From positions 186,001 through 250,000 of the forward strand of contig NIVC01001023.1 in NCBI GenBank assembly GCA_002269645.1: DNA of 64,000 nucleotides, given 5' to 3'. Positions 36,113 to 48,611 of the stretch are shown here, piece after piece. A model generated the notes under the pieces. It did no database searches, was not told where the DNA came from, and worked only from the letters and a program-made list of their open reading frames with translations. The stretch comes from Macrostomum lignano (taxonomy: Eukaryota). Each line of letters starts with the position of its first letter. Within the stretch, counting starts at the first letter, position 1. The position numbers and the translations under genes were made by a program.

Positions 36113-36600
36113 CTTGTGTACCAGTCCAGCACGCACCCAATGCAGACTGGAAGCACTCTGCAGCTGCCCTGCATGAAAGCTAAAGCTAATTCTGTATTTC
36201 ATATTTCATATTTCATATTTCATATCATCCCGAGTATTCTACGGCTGCTGCTGCTGCAGACAACTGGAGAAAGTCTCTCCTGATCAAAAGCCGCTCTCTA
36301 GGGACAGACAGACTCAGAGCCAGACACGAAAATGCCAAGGACAGGAGATGCGGTTGCTGGGGCTGACAAAGCCAGTGTACTTTTCCAGTACTCTTTCTCT
36401 ATCGAATTGTAAGCACGAACTTTGCTACCAAGCCAAAAATATGGGGGAAACCTTGCGTCCTGCGATATTTCTGATAGTCTACAGATAGTCCTGTCGAAAA
36501 TTCTAAACCATGGACCTTTTTAATAATACCGATGGATTGGTGGCTTCAGTTTTAGCTTTCGGGAGTATAGCAACTTCCAGAATGAAGTTTTTTTATTGTT

Positions 36601-36906
36601 GAATAATAATAATAATAATTGATAACGCTTGCCCCAATGGGCAGATGTGCAACCGACAACTCAGCCGCAGCTATTGCGTGGCGCGTCTGAAGGCTGCGTA
36701 CGGCTGTTCAGTCCAAGGACTGGGGGGGGGGGTCGCCACACACCCTCAATTACCCCATCTAATGCTGGCACCCATTTTACAGCTGGGTGAACTGAAGCAA
36801 TGCAGAGTTGAGTGCCTTGCTCAATGACACAAATTGTTCCAGTGGGATCGGGAATCGAACCCCCGACCTTCAAGTCTTGAGTCCGACGCTTTAGTCCACG
36901 CTTGAG
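36601..36906 (-). mobile_element. tRNA-derived SINE with a CORE-like central domain and (ATT)n tail
   Basis: Minus strand shows a tRNA-like head with B-box GGTTCGATTCC (36851-36861), then GTGTCATTGAGCAAGGCACTCAAC...CTTCAGTTCACCCAGCTGTAAAATGGG, which resembles the MIR/CORE consensus, and ends in an (ATT)5 tail. Confidence 0.8.
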
Positions 36907-37469
36907 TCGCAGAATATTAACTTTTATCGTTGTAAAATGTTCAAGCTTTTGAATTTTGATTTTGTGTAAATATTCACATTAATAGGCGACACAGAATAGA
37001 CCTGACCTTACGAAGGAATTACCTTACGAGTAATTTTGGTGCTCAAACTTGAAAATCTTTGTCATGGGCCACTGCGCAGCACCACATTGGATTAGACAAA
37101 TTTACAAAGGTAAGGACTAGCCAGGGGATTATAATTAACCATCCCATACGGAAGTTTGTTTTTCCCCATTCCCATTTTCCTCTGGAATCTCCGACTGCTC
37201 AATCTCATGCCTACTACTCGAATTCAGCTCGAGGCAGAGTCTAAGCCCTGAGCACGAAGCTCGAATTTCGTTGCCCCGATGTAGAGGCTTTTTTACACTT
37301 AATTACAACCCTTGGCTCACTGAAGACTCGTTATTATGAGAGCTTGTGGTTATTATGCTGCCAGACACAGGTAGCAGCGGACAGTAGGGCTAATGGAGCA
37401 TGCAGTTGATGAATTGATTAGCCTTGTTTATCAAGGTGGAGTAGGTTAGGTGTATATCAGTCGGTGCAG

Positions 37470-38195
37470 TTTGTCAGGTGTACATCACGTGATGTAATAT
37501 GTCAGGTGTACATCAGGTGATGCAGTGTGTCAGGTGTACATCACGTGATGCAATATGTCAGGTGTACATCAGGTGATGCAATATGTCAGGTGTACATCAC
37601 GTGATGTAATATGTCAGGTGTACATCAGGTGATGCAGTGTGTCAGGTGTACATCACGTGATGCAATATGTCAGGTGTACATCAGGTGGTGCAGTGTGTCA
37701 GGTGTACATCAGGTGATGCAGTGTGTCAGGTGTACATCAGGTGATGCAGTATGTCAGGTGTACATCGGGTGATGCAGTGTGTCAGGTGTACATCAGTTTG
37801 TACAGTGTGTCAGGTGTACATCAGGTGGTGCAGTGTGTCAGGTGTACATCAGGTGGTGCAGTGTGTCAGGTGTACATCAGGTTGTACAGTGTGTCGGGTG
37901 TACATCAGGTTGTACAGTGTGTCGGGTGTACATCAGGTTGTACAGTGTGTCGGGTGTACATCAGTTTGTACAGTGTGTCAGGTGTACATCAGGTTGTACA
38001 GTGTGTCAGGTGTACATCAGGTTGTACAGTGTGTCAGGTGTACATCAGGTTGTACAGTGTGTCAGGTGTACATCCGTTTGTACAGTGTGTCGGGTGTACA
38101 TCAGGTTGTACACTGTGTCAGGTGTACATCAGTTTGTACAGTGTGTCGGGTGTACATCAGGTTGTACAGTGTGTCGGGTGTACATCATGTACATC
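37470..38195. repeat. 28-bp minisatellite (caggtgtacatcaggtgatgcagtgtgt and variants)
   Basis: Visible periodicity. Confidence 0.95.
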
Positions 38196-38791
38196 ATGTT
38201 TTCGAAACTCAACTTTGAGAAAAATCGAGTCTGCTAGTCTAAGGAAGCAAGCAAAGCATTTTTTCTTCATAGCCGAATAAAGATGCCCTCCGGGGGGGGG
38301 GGTTTCAGGCTAATCTGCTGCAACTGGAGTCAGCTGCCGGCGCCCTATTAGTCTGATTGCCCGAGAAAAAGCAGACAGACGCGGGCGCAGCAAGTCAGGA
38401 GCAGGGATCATAGGGTTTGGGGTGGCTGCCCCAGCCTCCTACGGGGAGGCATTTGAGTCGGAGCCTTCGAGCACAAGAGGGGAGCAGCAGATCAGAAAAG
38501 AAACCCGAAAAAAAGACTTTCTGCAGAGCACAAAAAAGCAAAGTGTCATTTTACTTTCGTGCGATGGAAAAGGGGGGGAGTTTTAGGCTGCTTAGGCTAA
38601 TCTTTCAGGTAGGAGTAGAGCTGGAGAATGGCACAGATGGCGAACTGGGCTGGGCTGAGGACTCATCATCATCATCTCACAGGGATGCAGCTCAATTTCC
38701 AGTAATTTGGGCCCGCATGCGCCACCCGAGACTCGGAATGACACTGGGGGCTCGGGGACTGCAGTCTGCCATGGGCCACAGCATCTCCCTT

Positions 38792-39372
38792 AAACCTCTA
38801 CTTCTCTACCTCTCTACCTCTCTACTTCTCTACCTCTCTACTTCTCTACCTCTCTACTTCTCTACTTCTCTACCTCTCTACTTCTCTACCTCTCTACTTC
38901 TCTACCTCTCTACTTCTCTACCTCTCTACTTCTCTACCTCTCTATTTCTCTACCTCTCTACCTCTCTACCTCTCTACCTCTCTACCTCTCTATTTCTCTA
39001 CCTCTCTATCTCTCTATTTCTCTATCTCTCTACTTCTCTACCTCTCTACCTCTCTACTTCTCTACCTCTCTACTTCTCTACCTCTCTACTTCTCTACTTC
39101 TCTACCTCTCTACTTCTCTACCTCTCTACTTCTCTACCTCTCTACTTCTCTACCTCTCTACTTCTCTACCTCTTTATTTCTCTACCTCTCTACCTCTCTA
39201 CCTCTCTACCTCTCTACCTCTCTACTTCTCTACCTCTCTACTTCTCTACCTCTCTAGTTCTTTACCCCTCTACCTCCCTAACTCTCTGCCTCTCTGCCTC
39301 TGTAACTCTAGATCTCTACTTTTTACCTCTCTATACCTATCCACTCCTGTACCTCTCTAATCTCTATCTCTA
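38792..39372. repeat. Pyrimidine-rich (CTCTA/CTCTCTACTT)n low-complexity repeat
   Basis: Direct reading. Confidence 0.93.
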
Positions 39373-40427
39373 ATCACTCTTCTAAGTGAAGCCTAAGATA
39401 AGTTTAAGTAAAAGATTAGATGCCATTCGGCCAATTTGATTGCCAGTTGACTCACCACAGGCCCTCAAAACCGTCATGATGAGTACATGATGTTGATTAA
39501 TAAAAATTCTCCCTTTTTCTGTGCTAGCTCAGCTGCCGTATCAGCTCAGCCGGACCCGAGCTGCCGCACCACTTTGATCGCTCAACCGACTGCGCTGGGA
39601 CCCAGATGCCAGAGAGAGGAACACAGGGGGGGGGGGGGCAGGAACTCTACTCGTCCGTCCAGAGAGCGCGTGTTTCTAGGCAGACCCATGCAGCCCCACC
39701 CTGCTCATTCCTGGTGGTTTTTTTGAGTCGATGCGAAATTGACGGAAAATTTCGACTTGCCCTCCGCCCCCCCCCCCCCTTCATCCCGGTATCATTATGC
39801 ATGCATGCGAGAGGCGGGTAGAGGGGGAGAGAGATGAGGTCGAGGCCGAGTGAAAATCGGGTTGGGGGATTCTATAGGTAGAGAGGCCCCCGTCACCTCG
39901 ACATCGGAATCGGAGATTCGATCTCAGACCGAATCGAGGGCACATACTCGTATTTATTGAGAGAATCGGCCCCAAAGCCCTTCCCGACCCCATGGCAACT
40001 GACCCCCCACCCTTCGCCAACCCACACCCCGAAGGCTCCTTGTGCGAAGTTTCTGCAAATCCAGATCTGCCTTATTAATCGGGCAAATCTGGCACAAAAC
40101 GGAATCTTGTTGGTGTACTTTCTCTTCGATCTAAGGCTTCTGTCTGGCTGGGTACGTGGCCCCGGGGTTTGACTAATCCAATATATTGGCACTGCTATAT
40201 TTAGAATATTTGTGTCGTCATTGCATAACTGCAGTGTGATTAATGTTTCTTAATTATATTGTGCTCGTTTAAACTGTCACATGATATTCTAACCAATGTC
40301 ATGATTAACGTCTTATTATGGGTGACATTTTATCTTAATCTGTTGGGCATTTGGAAAAATTTTTATGAATATTGATATGGGAACTTTTATGCTGATTTAA
40401 GTTGATTCTCCAAAAGGAAACTCATAT

Positions 40428-41375
40428 ATCTATCAGAATCTCAAATTGATCTATCAGAATCTCATAGATCCATCAGAATCTCAAATTGATCTATCAGAAT
40501 CTCATGAATCTATCAGAATCTCAAATTGATCTATCAGAATCTCATAGATCCATCAGAATCTCAAATTGATCTATCAGAATCTCATGAATCTATCAGAATC
40601 TCATGAATCTATCAGAATCTCATGAATCTATCAGAATCTCATAGATCTATCAGAATCTCATGAATCTATCAGAATCTCATGAATCTATCAGAATCTCATG
40701 AATCTATCAGAATCTCATGAATCTATCAGAATCTCATGAATCTATCAGAATCTCATAGATCTATCAGAATCTCATGAATCTATCAGAATCTCATGAATCT
40801 ATCAGAATCTCATGAATCTATCAGAATCTCATGAATCTATCAGAATCTCATGAATCTATCAGAATCTCATGAATCTATCAGAATCTCATGAATCTATCAG
40901 AATCTCATGAATCTATCAGAATCTCATAGATCTATCAGAATCTCATGAATCTATCAGAATCTCATGAATCTATCAGAAGCTCATGAATCTATCAGAATCT
41001 CATAGATCTATCAGAATCTCATGAATCTATCAGAATCTCATGAATCTATCAGAAGCTCATGAATCTATCAGAATCTCATGAATCTATCAGAATCTCATGA
41101 ATCTATCAGAAGCTCATGAATCTATCAGAAGCTCATGAATCTATCAGAAGCTCATGAATCTATCAGAATCTCATGAATCTATCAGAATCTCGTGAATCTA
41201 TCAGAAGCTCATGAATCTATCAGAAGCTCATGAATCTATCAGAATCTCATGAATCTATCAGAAGCTCATGAATCTATCAGAATCTCATGAATCTATCAGA
41301 ATCTCATGAATCTATCAGAATCTCATGAATCTATCAGGATCTCATGAATCTATCAGAGTCTCACATTGATCTATC
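40428..41375. repeat. 19-bp minisatellite (gaatctatcagaatctcat)
   Basis: Visible periodicity. Confidence 0.96.
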
Positions 41376-41656
41376 AGTGTCCCATGGATCTTCTAGGACC
41401 CTCTAAATCTATCTCATTGTTTGTGATATTATTTGATGTGGATATTTCTATCTACATTTCCTTTTTTCAAAGTCCAATACTGGATTTTTCAGTAAAACTT
41501 TGCACCGAAGTTTCAATTGCTACAATCTGGCTCCAAAAATGAAAGTGCATCCGAGACAGGCGCGCAACTACCAAGTAAACAGCCAGTCATGGTGTAAACA
41601 GGTTCAATCGGGAATCAGATGAACTTGTAGGAAAGGCAGCAGATAAACAAACTCAC

Positions 41657-41854
41657 CCCCAGTCAGAATAAGCTCGTCTGGGCTGCGATTCGAAGATCAG
41701 CTCGAAAATAAGCGATGGGGCGATCGGGGGGCGTGCCGACCCTGCCGGCTGGGCCAGGCTGCTAAATATAGTTGCCAGGCAGGCTGGGGAATCTAATTGG
41801 AGTCCGGCAGAGCATGGGAAACTGTTCAATTGGCTGCGGCAGGCTGGGGCGGAG
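41657..41854 (-). promoter_or_regulatory. Candidate SK promoter and non-coding first exon
   Basis: In minus-strand order: GC box GGGGCGGAG (41846-41854), CCAAT (41829-41833 and 41796-41800), TATA-like TATATTTA (41763-41770), then a consensus donor G|GTGAGT at 41657/41656. Confidence 0.45.
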
Positions 41855-41857
41855 ACA

Positions 41858-42330
<473 letters not shown>

Positions 42331-42734
42331 CTTTAACTTCCATTTTCTCCAGAAAATGTTTTTCATCGATCCCTCAGCTACAACGGAGAATTCAGGAAAT
42401 TGCTGTACCGGTTTATATTTTTTCTACTTGAAATTACAATTTGGTCACCAGAGGCTGATGAAGCTCAAAGTGAATTTGTTTAATTGCTGGCTGATGGCGC
42501 CAATGCGTCTTGCATGAAGTGGGGAAGCTGTGAAAGTTTAAGTGGAGTTTTCAAAATTCTGGACTGCTTCACTTGGCATAGCAGGTGCGGCTTCTATATG
42601 CATTCAGCAGGGGTGCTGGCGTCACTTTTAATTCAATGATTTATTTAAAAGTACACAATTTGATTTTGGGGCTGAGTTGAAGGTTGCTCCGTTTTTTGTG
42701 GACAAACAGACAGATTGACATTAATACAGGCAGA

Positions 42735-43207
<473 letters not shown>

Positions 43208-43949
43208 GGAACATAAAATGACACGCAGGTCACAAGAAGATCCACCCACACAGTAAAGCAGCCGCGGTACCTCTTGACAGTCATTATCAAAGTCCAAATC
43301 ACAGGTGAGATACTTTTCCAAGCAGCCTCCCCTGCCTTCACTGCAAATTGCAGTCCCCTGAACTGGTTTTTTTGTCAGCTTGCCTTCAGCAACTAATAAT
43401 TATGATACAATTAATAATAGCTCAGCAGTTTCTCTCTGCTCAAAATTACAGAGAGCCTACAGGCCGTTCCAAAGGATATCCACTTTCTGTGTGATTTTCC
43501 TTTTCCGACCATGCAAGAGCGCTTAGCGGACATTCTGCATGCTTTCTCTCTGTGTGTGTATGCCTTTTTGTGCCTTTTTCTAAGAAACAGCTATGGCCAA
43601 GAAAGGTGGCGTGACTGAGGCAGCTGTCCTACTGGGGGGGGGGGGGGGGGTGTAAGGGGAGACTCAAGCCGGCGATAGGGGGTAGAGAGCTGAGCCTGAT
43701 CCTGGAAAGCTTCATGCAGGAGAATTGTGCTGCTTCTGAAGCAAAAGCATCGCGGGTTGCGCAGTGAGTTGGACTGGAAAGTTCTAATGGACATTGTGTC
43801 ATTGTTGTTGTTGCGCTGCTCATGATGAATGCCAGTGCAGTGACTGATTCTTAGAATGAGAATTAGAAAAAAATCAACTAAGTCTAAACCAGCACTTTTG
43901 GCTTACCGCAGAAGCCTAAAATCCAGCACAAGCTTCTGCTATCACAGTT

Positions 43950-44025
43950 TATTGTAATATTGTAATATTACAATATTGTAATATTATATTATATTGTAAT
44001 ATGTAATATTGTAATATAGCATTGT
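43950..44025. repeat. Short AT-rich (ATATTGTA)n repeat at the end of the DNALI1 3' region
   Basis: Direct reading. Confidence 0.75.
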
Positions 44026-44309
44026 AATGCCTATAATTTAATATTAATTTTACCCCTTAGTCAGTAGCTACGATTCTTTAGCTGGCAGTTGTACTGAGAA
44101 ATTTCTTTGCAGGCTTTTTATTACAGTTTCCTTAATAAATTACACCAATGAGACACTGCAGGGTGCTTCAGGTTAATTAGAGAGTAGCAGAGAGGGGGCG
44201 GATAATCCAAAGTATAACTCAGACAGGTAAAAGAAAAGTTGAACGCAAAATAACACAATATTTAACGAGCAGCACTGTAGAGTCAGATCGGTTCGGTTTG
44301 AGAACCTTC

Positions 44310-44345
44310 TCACTTCTTCGGGGCGATGATGCCCTCCAGCTGGTT
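44310..44345 (-). CDS. DNALI1: DNALI1/p28 coding exon 4: NQLEGIIAPKK*
   Basis: tttcag|AAC acceptor; conserved QLEGIIAPKK C-terminus followed by TGA. Confidence 0.93.
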   Translation of the reverse strand, partial: NQLEGIIAPKK

Positions 44346-44853
44346 CTGAAATGTTGAGAACAGGCGAGTAGCGGCTTCTTTAGAGTTGGTGCTGGCGAAA
44401 TTCAATATTGCTTGAAGGAAAAAATGATGACATCTGCTGTTGATCGCAATTTTCAGCACAAGCTGTTTGCAGCTGTGATTGTAGGAAATATACGAGTACC
44501 ATTCGAAATATTAAAGGAAAAAATCCTAGTTATGGATATTTTTTGTCTCTGAAATCTGTGAAGATAAAAAACAGATTAGCATTTTGTTGTCTGTGACAGA
44601 ATAAGCCAAGCTTTACCTCCGCCTCCTTTTCATATCTTCCTAGAATGATCTGAGATTTTGTCAGTTGATTTTTCATGTAAATATAGCTTTAGAAAACACA
44701 TTACGTTGGCTAATAGAACAAAAAATGGTCAAAAATTCTCACTACTACTACTTTAAGTAGTAGCAACATGCATTGCAGATCATGTCGCCAAAGGCATTGC
44801 CTTTGGTGACACCCGATTACCGCTTGAGCTGCTCCGCTCCCCTCTGCCCTTAC

Positions 44854-45367
44854 CTTGAGCTGCTGGTTGGTCTTCTTCAGGAACTGCAACTCGTCCTGGT
44901 GCTTCTTCTCGTCTACCTGCCGCTGCTCGGCCGCCCGCTTCTCAATCTGCTCGCACTTGGCCTTGAGCTCGTTGACCTGCTTCTCCAGCTCCTGCTTGTC
45001 CTGCTTGAGCTCGTCAATCTCACGCTTCATGTCCATCTTGCCCTGCTCAGCTTGCAGCGCCTTGCGCATGCCGAATGCCACGCTGGACTCGTACAGAGTC
45101 TGGTAGGCAGCGATCGTCATGCGGATCTCGTCGCGAACTCGCAGCAGGAGGAGGCCGCGCTCGGCGCAGTTGATGGTCACCTGGCGGATCAGCTCGTCGA
45201 AGATCTGCGAGTAGAGCTCGCGACGCACCGGACAGATGCCGGTCTCGCGGGCCTGGCGCTGCTGCAGGCGGCGGTCCAGCTCCTCCTGGAGGTTCACCAC
45301 GTCCAGACGGGTGGCCGGAGTCGAGGACACCTGTTGTACCCATAGCTGTCCACTCTCGGTCCACTCT
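44854..45367 (-). CDS. DNALI1: DNALI1/p28 coding exon 3: (R)EWTESGQLWVQQVSSTPATRLDV...RQARETGICPVRRELYSQIFDELIRQVTINCAERGLLLLRVRDE...TNQQLK
   Basis: ctgcag|A acceptor, AAG|gtaagg donor, 514 bp. Near-identical to the p28 family core. Confidence 0.97.
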
Positions 45368-45447
45368 CTGCAGAGTTCAAGTAGATGCACTTTATGTTTG
45401 GATTGACAAAGAGAATTACTATGTCCTTGGTACACTTTCTGTGCCTT

Positions 45448-45807
45448 TTTTATTAGAAACAGGGTGGTTGTGTGCACCCTGGCGCACTTTAAGCGACATA
45501 GGCACACAACCGGCGAGAGGCATTACTGCCCATTTCGCCGACTCCCCTGAGCAGGCACACAAGCGCGCGGATACGTACGCAGGCACACACTCACACAGGA
45601 GTGTACAGCGGCCCTAACTTTATTTTATCGTTAGGCATGCACACTTCACTGCGCCTTGGGTGGTTGGCTCTCAAGGCCGTTAATTGCACGAGCAGAGCCA
45701 AGCCAAGATTCCAATTTAGCCCCAAATTAATGTGACTGCACTTGGAATCGAGCCTGGGTCGCTGGCACACCAGAGCCTGCGCTAGACCGCTGGGCTACGG
45801 CCCCCCT
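45448..45807 (-). mobile_element. tRNA-derived SINE, copy 2 (full length, with TSD), in DNALI1 intron 2
   Basis: Minus-strand head GGGGCCGTAGCCCAGCGGTCTAGCGC...GGCTCGATTCC (A and B boxes) and an A-rich tail. 12-bp flanking direct repeats tttctgtgcctt (45436-45447) and tttctgtacctt (45808-45819). Confidence 0.88.
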
Positions 45808-45985
45808 TTTCTGTACCTTAGGGGTTGGCCTTCATGGGTGTGAATCTCAAGACGACAACCATAGCCAATTTCTATTCACACAAGCCCGAGACATCGAACC
45901 AGGCAAGAACCAGACGCGTTTATCCCTAAGCTTTGTCCCTAATAAAGGAACTTTCTCATAATTATTTAAGGGCGGTTTGCTTTAC

Positions 45986-46128
45986 CTTGGCGGCAGGATG
46001 GAGTTCAGAATCTCCTCAGTCTGCTCCGACGGCTTGCCCCCGACTGGCGGCAGCTTTCCCTTAGGCGGTGGAGAAGGAACCGGGCCAGATTCGCCTGACT
46101 GCTGCGCTGTCACCTTCAGAGCTTTGCT
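45986..46128 (-). CDS. DNALI1: DNALI1/p28 coding exon 2: SKALKVTAQQSGESGPVPSPPPKGKLPPVGGKPSEQTEEILNSILPP(R)
   Basis: tttcag|AGC acceptor, AG|gtaaag donor, 143 bp. Contains the EEILNxILPPR motif. Confidence 0.95.
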
Positions 46129-46653
46129 CTGAAAAGGAAAGGACAAACTATAATGCAGTAAATTATAAGTAGTGGACCTATTTCTCTAAAAAAATTAATA
46201 AATTTGCAGCTAGCACGCTATTGTATTAATTTAATTTAATTTATTGCAGCAAATCATTTGTAAATTAAAACAGTTTTAGTATGCCATTTGTTTTAGAACA
46301 ATGAAGATAGCTGCAGTGTTAGACATCCAATATTCTAAAAAAGAGTTATCTCTAGATGGTTAGATAGTGTTTTTTTAAATTCAAGTTGCTGCTTACTTAA
46401 TTACATTTTTAATTTTGCCATAGTTCTGACTGTTTGACTGAATGAATTTAGGCGAATTAATATATATTTTTGACTTTCTTCCCATGCCACTAACTAATTT
46501 TTTCGTGCTATGTGTTATTTTTAAATTATGTTCAAACTTTTCCTTGAAAAAACTTCATTTTATTTCAAAAATTTTATCGAAAAAGTATCGAAGATATTTC
46601 TTAGTATCGAAGTATCTCCTGAACCACAAATAAATACTTGTTGCATTGCATAC

Positions 46654-46740
46654 CTTCGGTGTCTTCTTGTCTGTGTTTCGGCTGACAAGCACAGGATTGT
46701 CATACTTGACAAGGCTCTGATTCGGTGGAATGATGGACAT
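46654..46740 (-). CDS. DNALI1: DNALI1/p28 coding exon 1: MSIIPPNQSLVKYDNPVLVSRNTDKKTPK
   Basis: ATG at 46740, AAG|gtatgc donor, 87 bp. Contains the IPP-SLxKYDxPVLVSRN p28 N-terminus. Confidence 0.95.
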
Positions 46741-46864
46741 TTTCACTGACTTTTGTGGTAGAAATCACCAAAAAACGAAGAATAAGCTCGGATGATAAAA
46801 ACTATACCCTTAGGTAGCCTTTCGGAATTAAAATGTTAACACATTTATCGTTTCAATTTTAAGT

Positions 46865-46877
46865 GTCTCGTAGTAAC
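46865..46877. promoter_or_regulatory. Candidate RFX X-box (GTCTCGTAGTAAC) about 125 bp upstream of the DNALI1 ATG
   Basis: Resembles GTYNCC-N-RGYAAC. RFX control of ciliary genes is established. Confidence 0.5.
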
Positions 46878-47050
46878 AAGTATATGTGGCATTTTTTTAA
46901 CAAATTAATTAAAATCCATTTAGTATTTTAACTTTAAAAAAGGAATTAGTTTTTGTTGGCGAATTTGTTCTTTTACAAATTTTTATTGCTTAAAAAATTT
47001 GTTATACGAATTTAATCCCCGTTTTTAATAATTTGACTGACAAGGGTTTC

Positions 47051-47086
47051 CTAGAATCTGTGCCACGCGGCGGTGTTCACCGCGTT
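47051..47086 (-). mobile_element. Helitron-like 3' terminus (GC hairpin followed by CTAG)
   Basis: Minus strand reads ACGCGG-tgaacaccg-CCGCGT-ggcacagatt-CTAG. The base after CTAG is G rather than the usual T. Confidence 0.35.
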
Positions 47087-48548
47087 CACATGTCATTTTG
47101 GTTGAAAGCTAAAAATTCCTAAAATTATCTTTGTAATCTTTATTTTGTGATAAAACTGTGGCTATTATTTAGAATTAGAGTCAGACTTTTAAGGTCTGAT
47201 CATTAAATTAATTAAATTAATGTTTTATTTATTTCCTAATTAATTTTATAGAATGTATGCTTGTTGTAATTTTGCAAACTTTTGTTGTATAGACATAGAC
47301 AGTATACATTTTCCGTAACCTATAATTTGCATGAATATTTATTATTTAGCTTTTTGAATATACCTTTAAGATAAAGATATTCAAGTAATGTATTGTCTAA
47401 AGATTTTTAGATTATTCTAAACTAAATGATCTACACTTACACTACACAAAAATAAATGAATGATGAATATGTTTTGTTTATGCCATTTGTAATTATCCTA
47501 AGTTTATAATGTTTTAATAAAGCATAGCCATAGGCATTACAAAATATAATTGTTAGCAAAATAACTTTAAACTGATATTATAAAATAAAATTGTCATTTA
47601 CCAAATCTTAAACTTGTCACCAAAGGGCGGCAAAGGCAAAGTTAGTGTCTTTCATAAAAGCAATTTGTTACCAAAATGACTACAAGTATTTGACATGTTA
47701 TTACAAATATTTATGATTGAGGTGGGATAAAGGAAAGTAAAATTTGGGGTTTGAATTTTGAATTGTTGCCTTTAGCACTCATCAAGCTGGAAAATTTCAT
47801 TGAATGATTCAAGCCACTTTTTTCTTTTGATGTTCCATCTGCCAGGTCCTCAATTCCAGGGGAAGGTAGTTGTAATTGCAGTCAAGCAGGCATAGTCATT
47901 CAGTTGGGTCCTTAGACATTGTAAATTCCAATGTTTGCTAATGTGTTTCATTAGTTACTTCTAAAAGTGTAGCACTACCACTACCATAATTTTGTATTAT
48001 GGAATGTTGAGGTCTCAAAGCTTTCTTTGAGATGAGACTGACTGGTTGTTTTATTCCTTGCAGAAAAATGACTTAATAGAAACTATAGGCTTCAATTAAT
48101 GAATGATGAAGATGAATAAATAAGGCTTATCCCAGACCTAGATAAGATAGACATTTCTGAAATAGTCTCCATGACCTCTAGTTTCCCTATTTAGACTCCT
48201 AGTTCTAAGTCTCCACGACCTCTAGTTTCCCTATTTAGATTCCTAGTTCTAGGTCTCCACAACCTCTAGTTTCCCTATTCTTAAAGAAATAACAAGATAA
48301 GTCTTAGCCAAATTTTAAATTTGTTTCACCAAGAGCTTCTCAAAAATGGCAAGAGAAGGTAAAGAGCCATCAAAAGCAAAGGTTGATTTTATTTTGGGAT
48401 TGGCCTACACCCTACATTCATCATACATGCGCAAACTCCAAAATTTGGTCGGCGATGTGACTTAGTTTTAACAAAAATGCAACATAGTTTTTGGCCAAAA
48501 ATGTGACCTTCATGTAAAAAAGCCATAGAGCAAAATTAACGCAACTTT

Positions 48549-48611
48549 GGGTAGACAGCAGGAGTAACTATGACTGTCTTATAAATCAAAATGCCTTGTC
48601 AGCTACTTAGT
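48549..48611 (+). pseudogene. Decayed 28S rRNA fragment spanning the conserved R2/I-PpoI target region
   Basis: gggtagacagcaggagtaactatgactgtctta-taaatca-aaatgccttgtcagctacttagt versus the 28S consensus GGGTAAACGGCGGGAGTAACTATGACTCTCTTA-AGGTAGCC-AAATGCCTCGTCATCTAATTAGT: 29/33 and 20/23 identities by manual alignment to a consensus recalled from memory. Confidence 0.75.

Noticed and set aside
44281-44325. Hammerhead-like look (CCGAAGAAG-TGAGAA-gg-TTCTCA...CGAAC) at the DNALI1 stop codon
   Set aside because: The core boxes deviate (CCGA, GAAC) and the sequence is explained by the conserved APKK-stop coding end.
44710-45507. 265-aa ORF as the complete DNALI1 protein
   Set aside because: Both ends are intron read-through; the real gene has four exons with conserved termini elsewhere.
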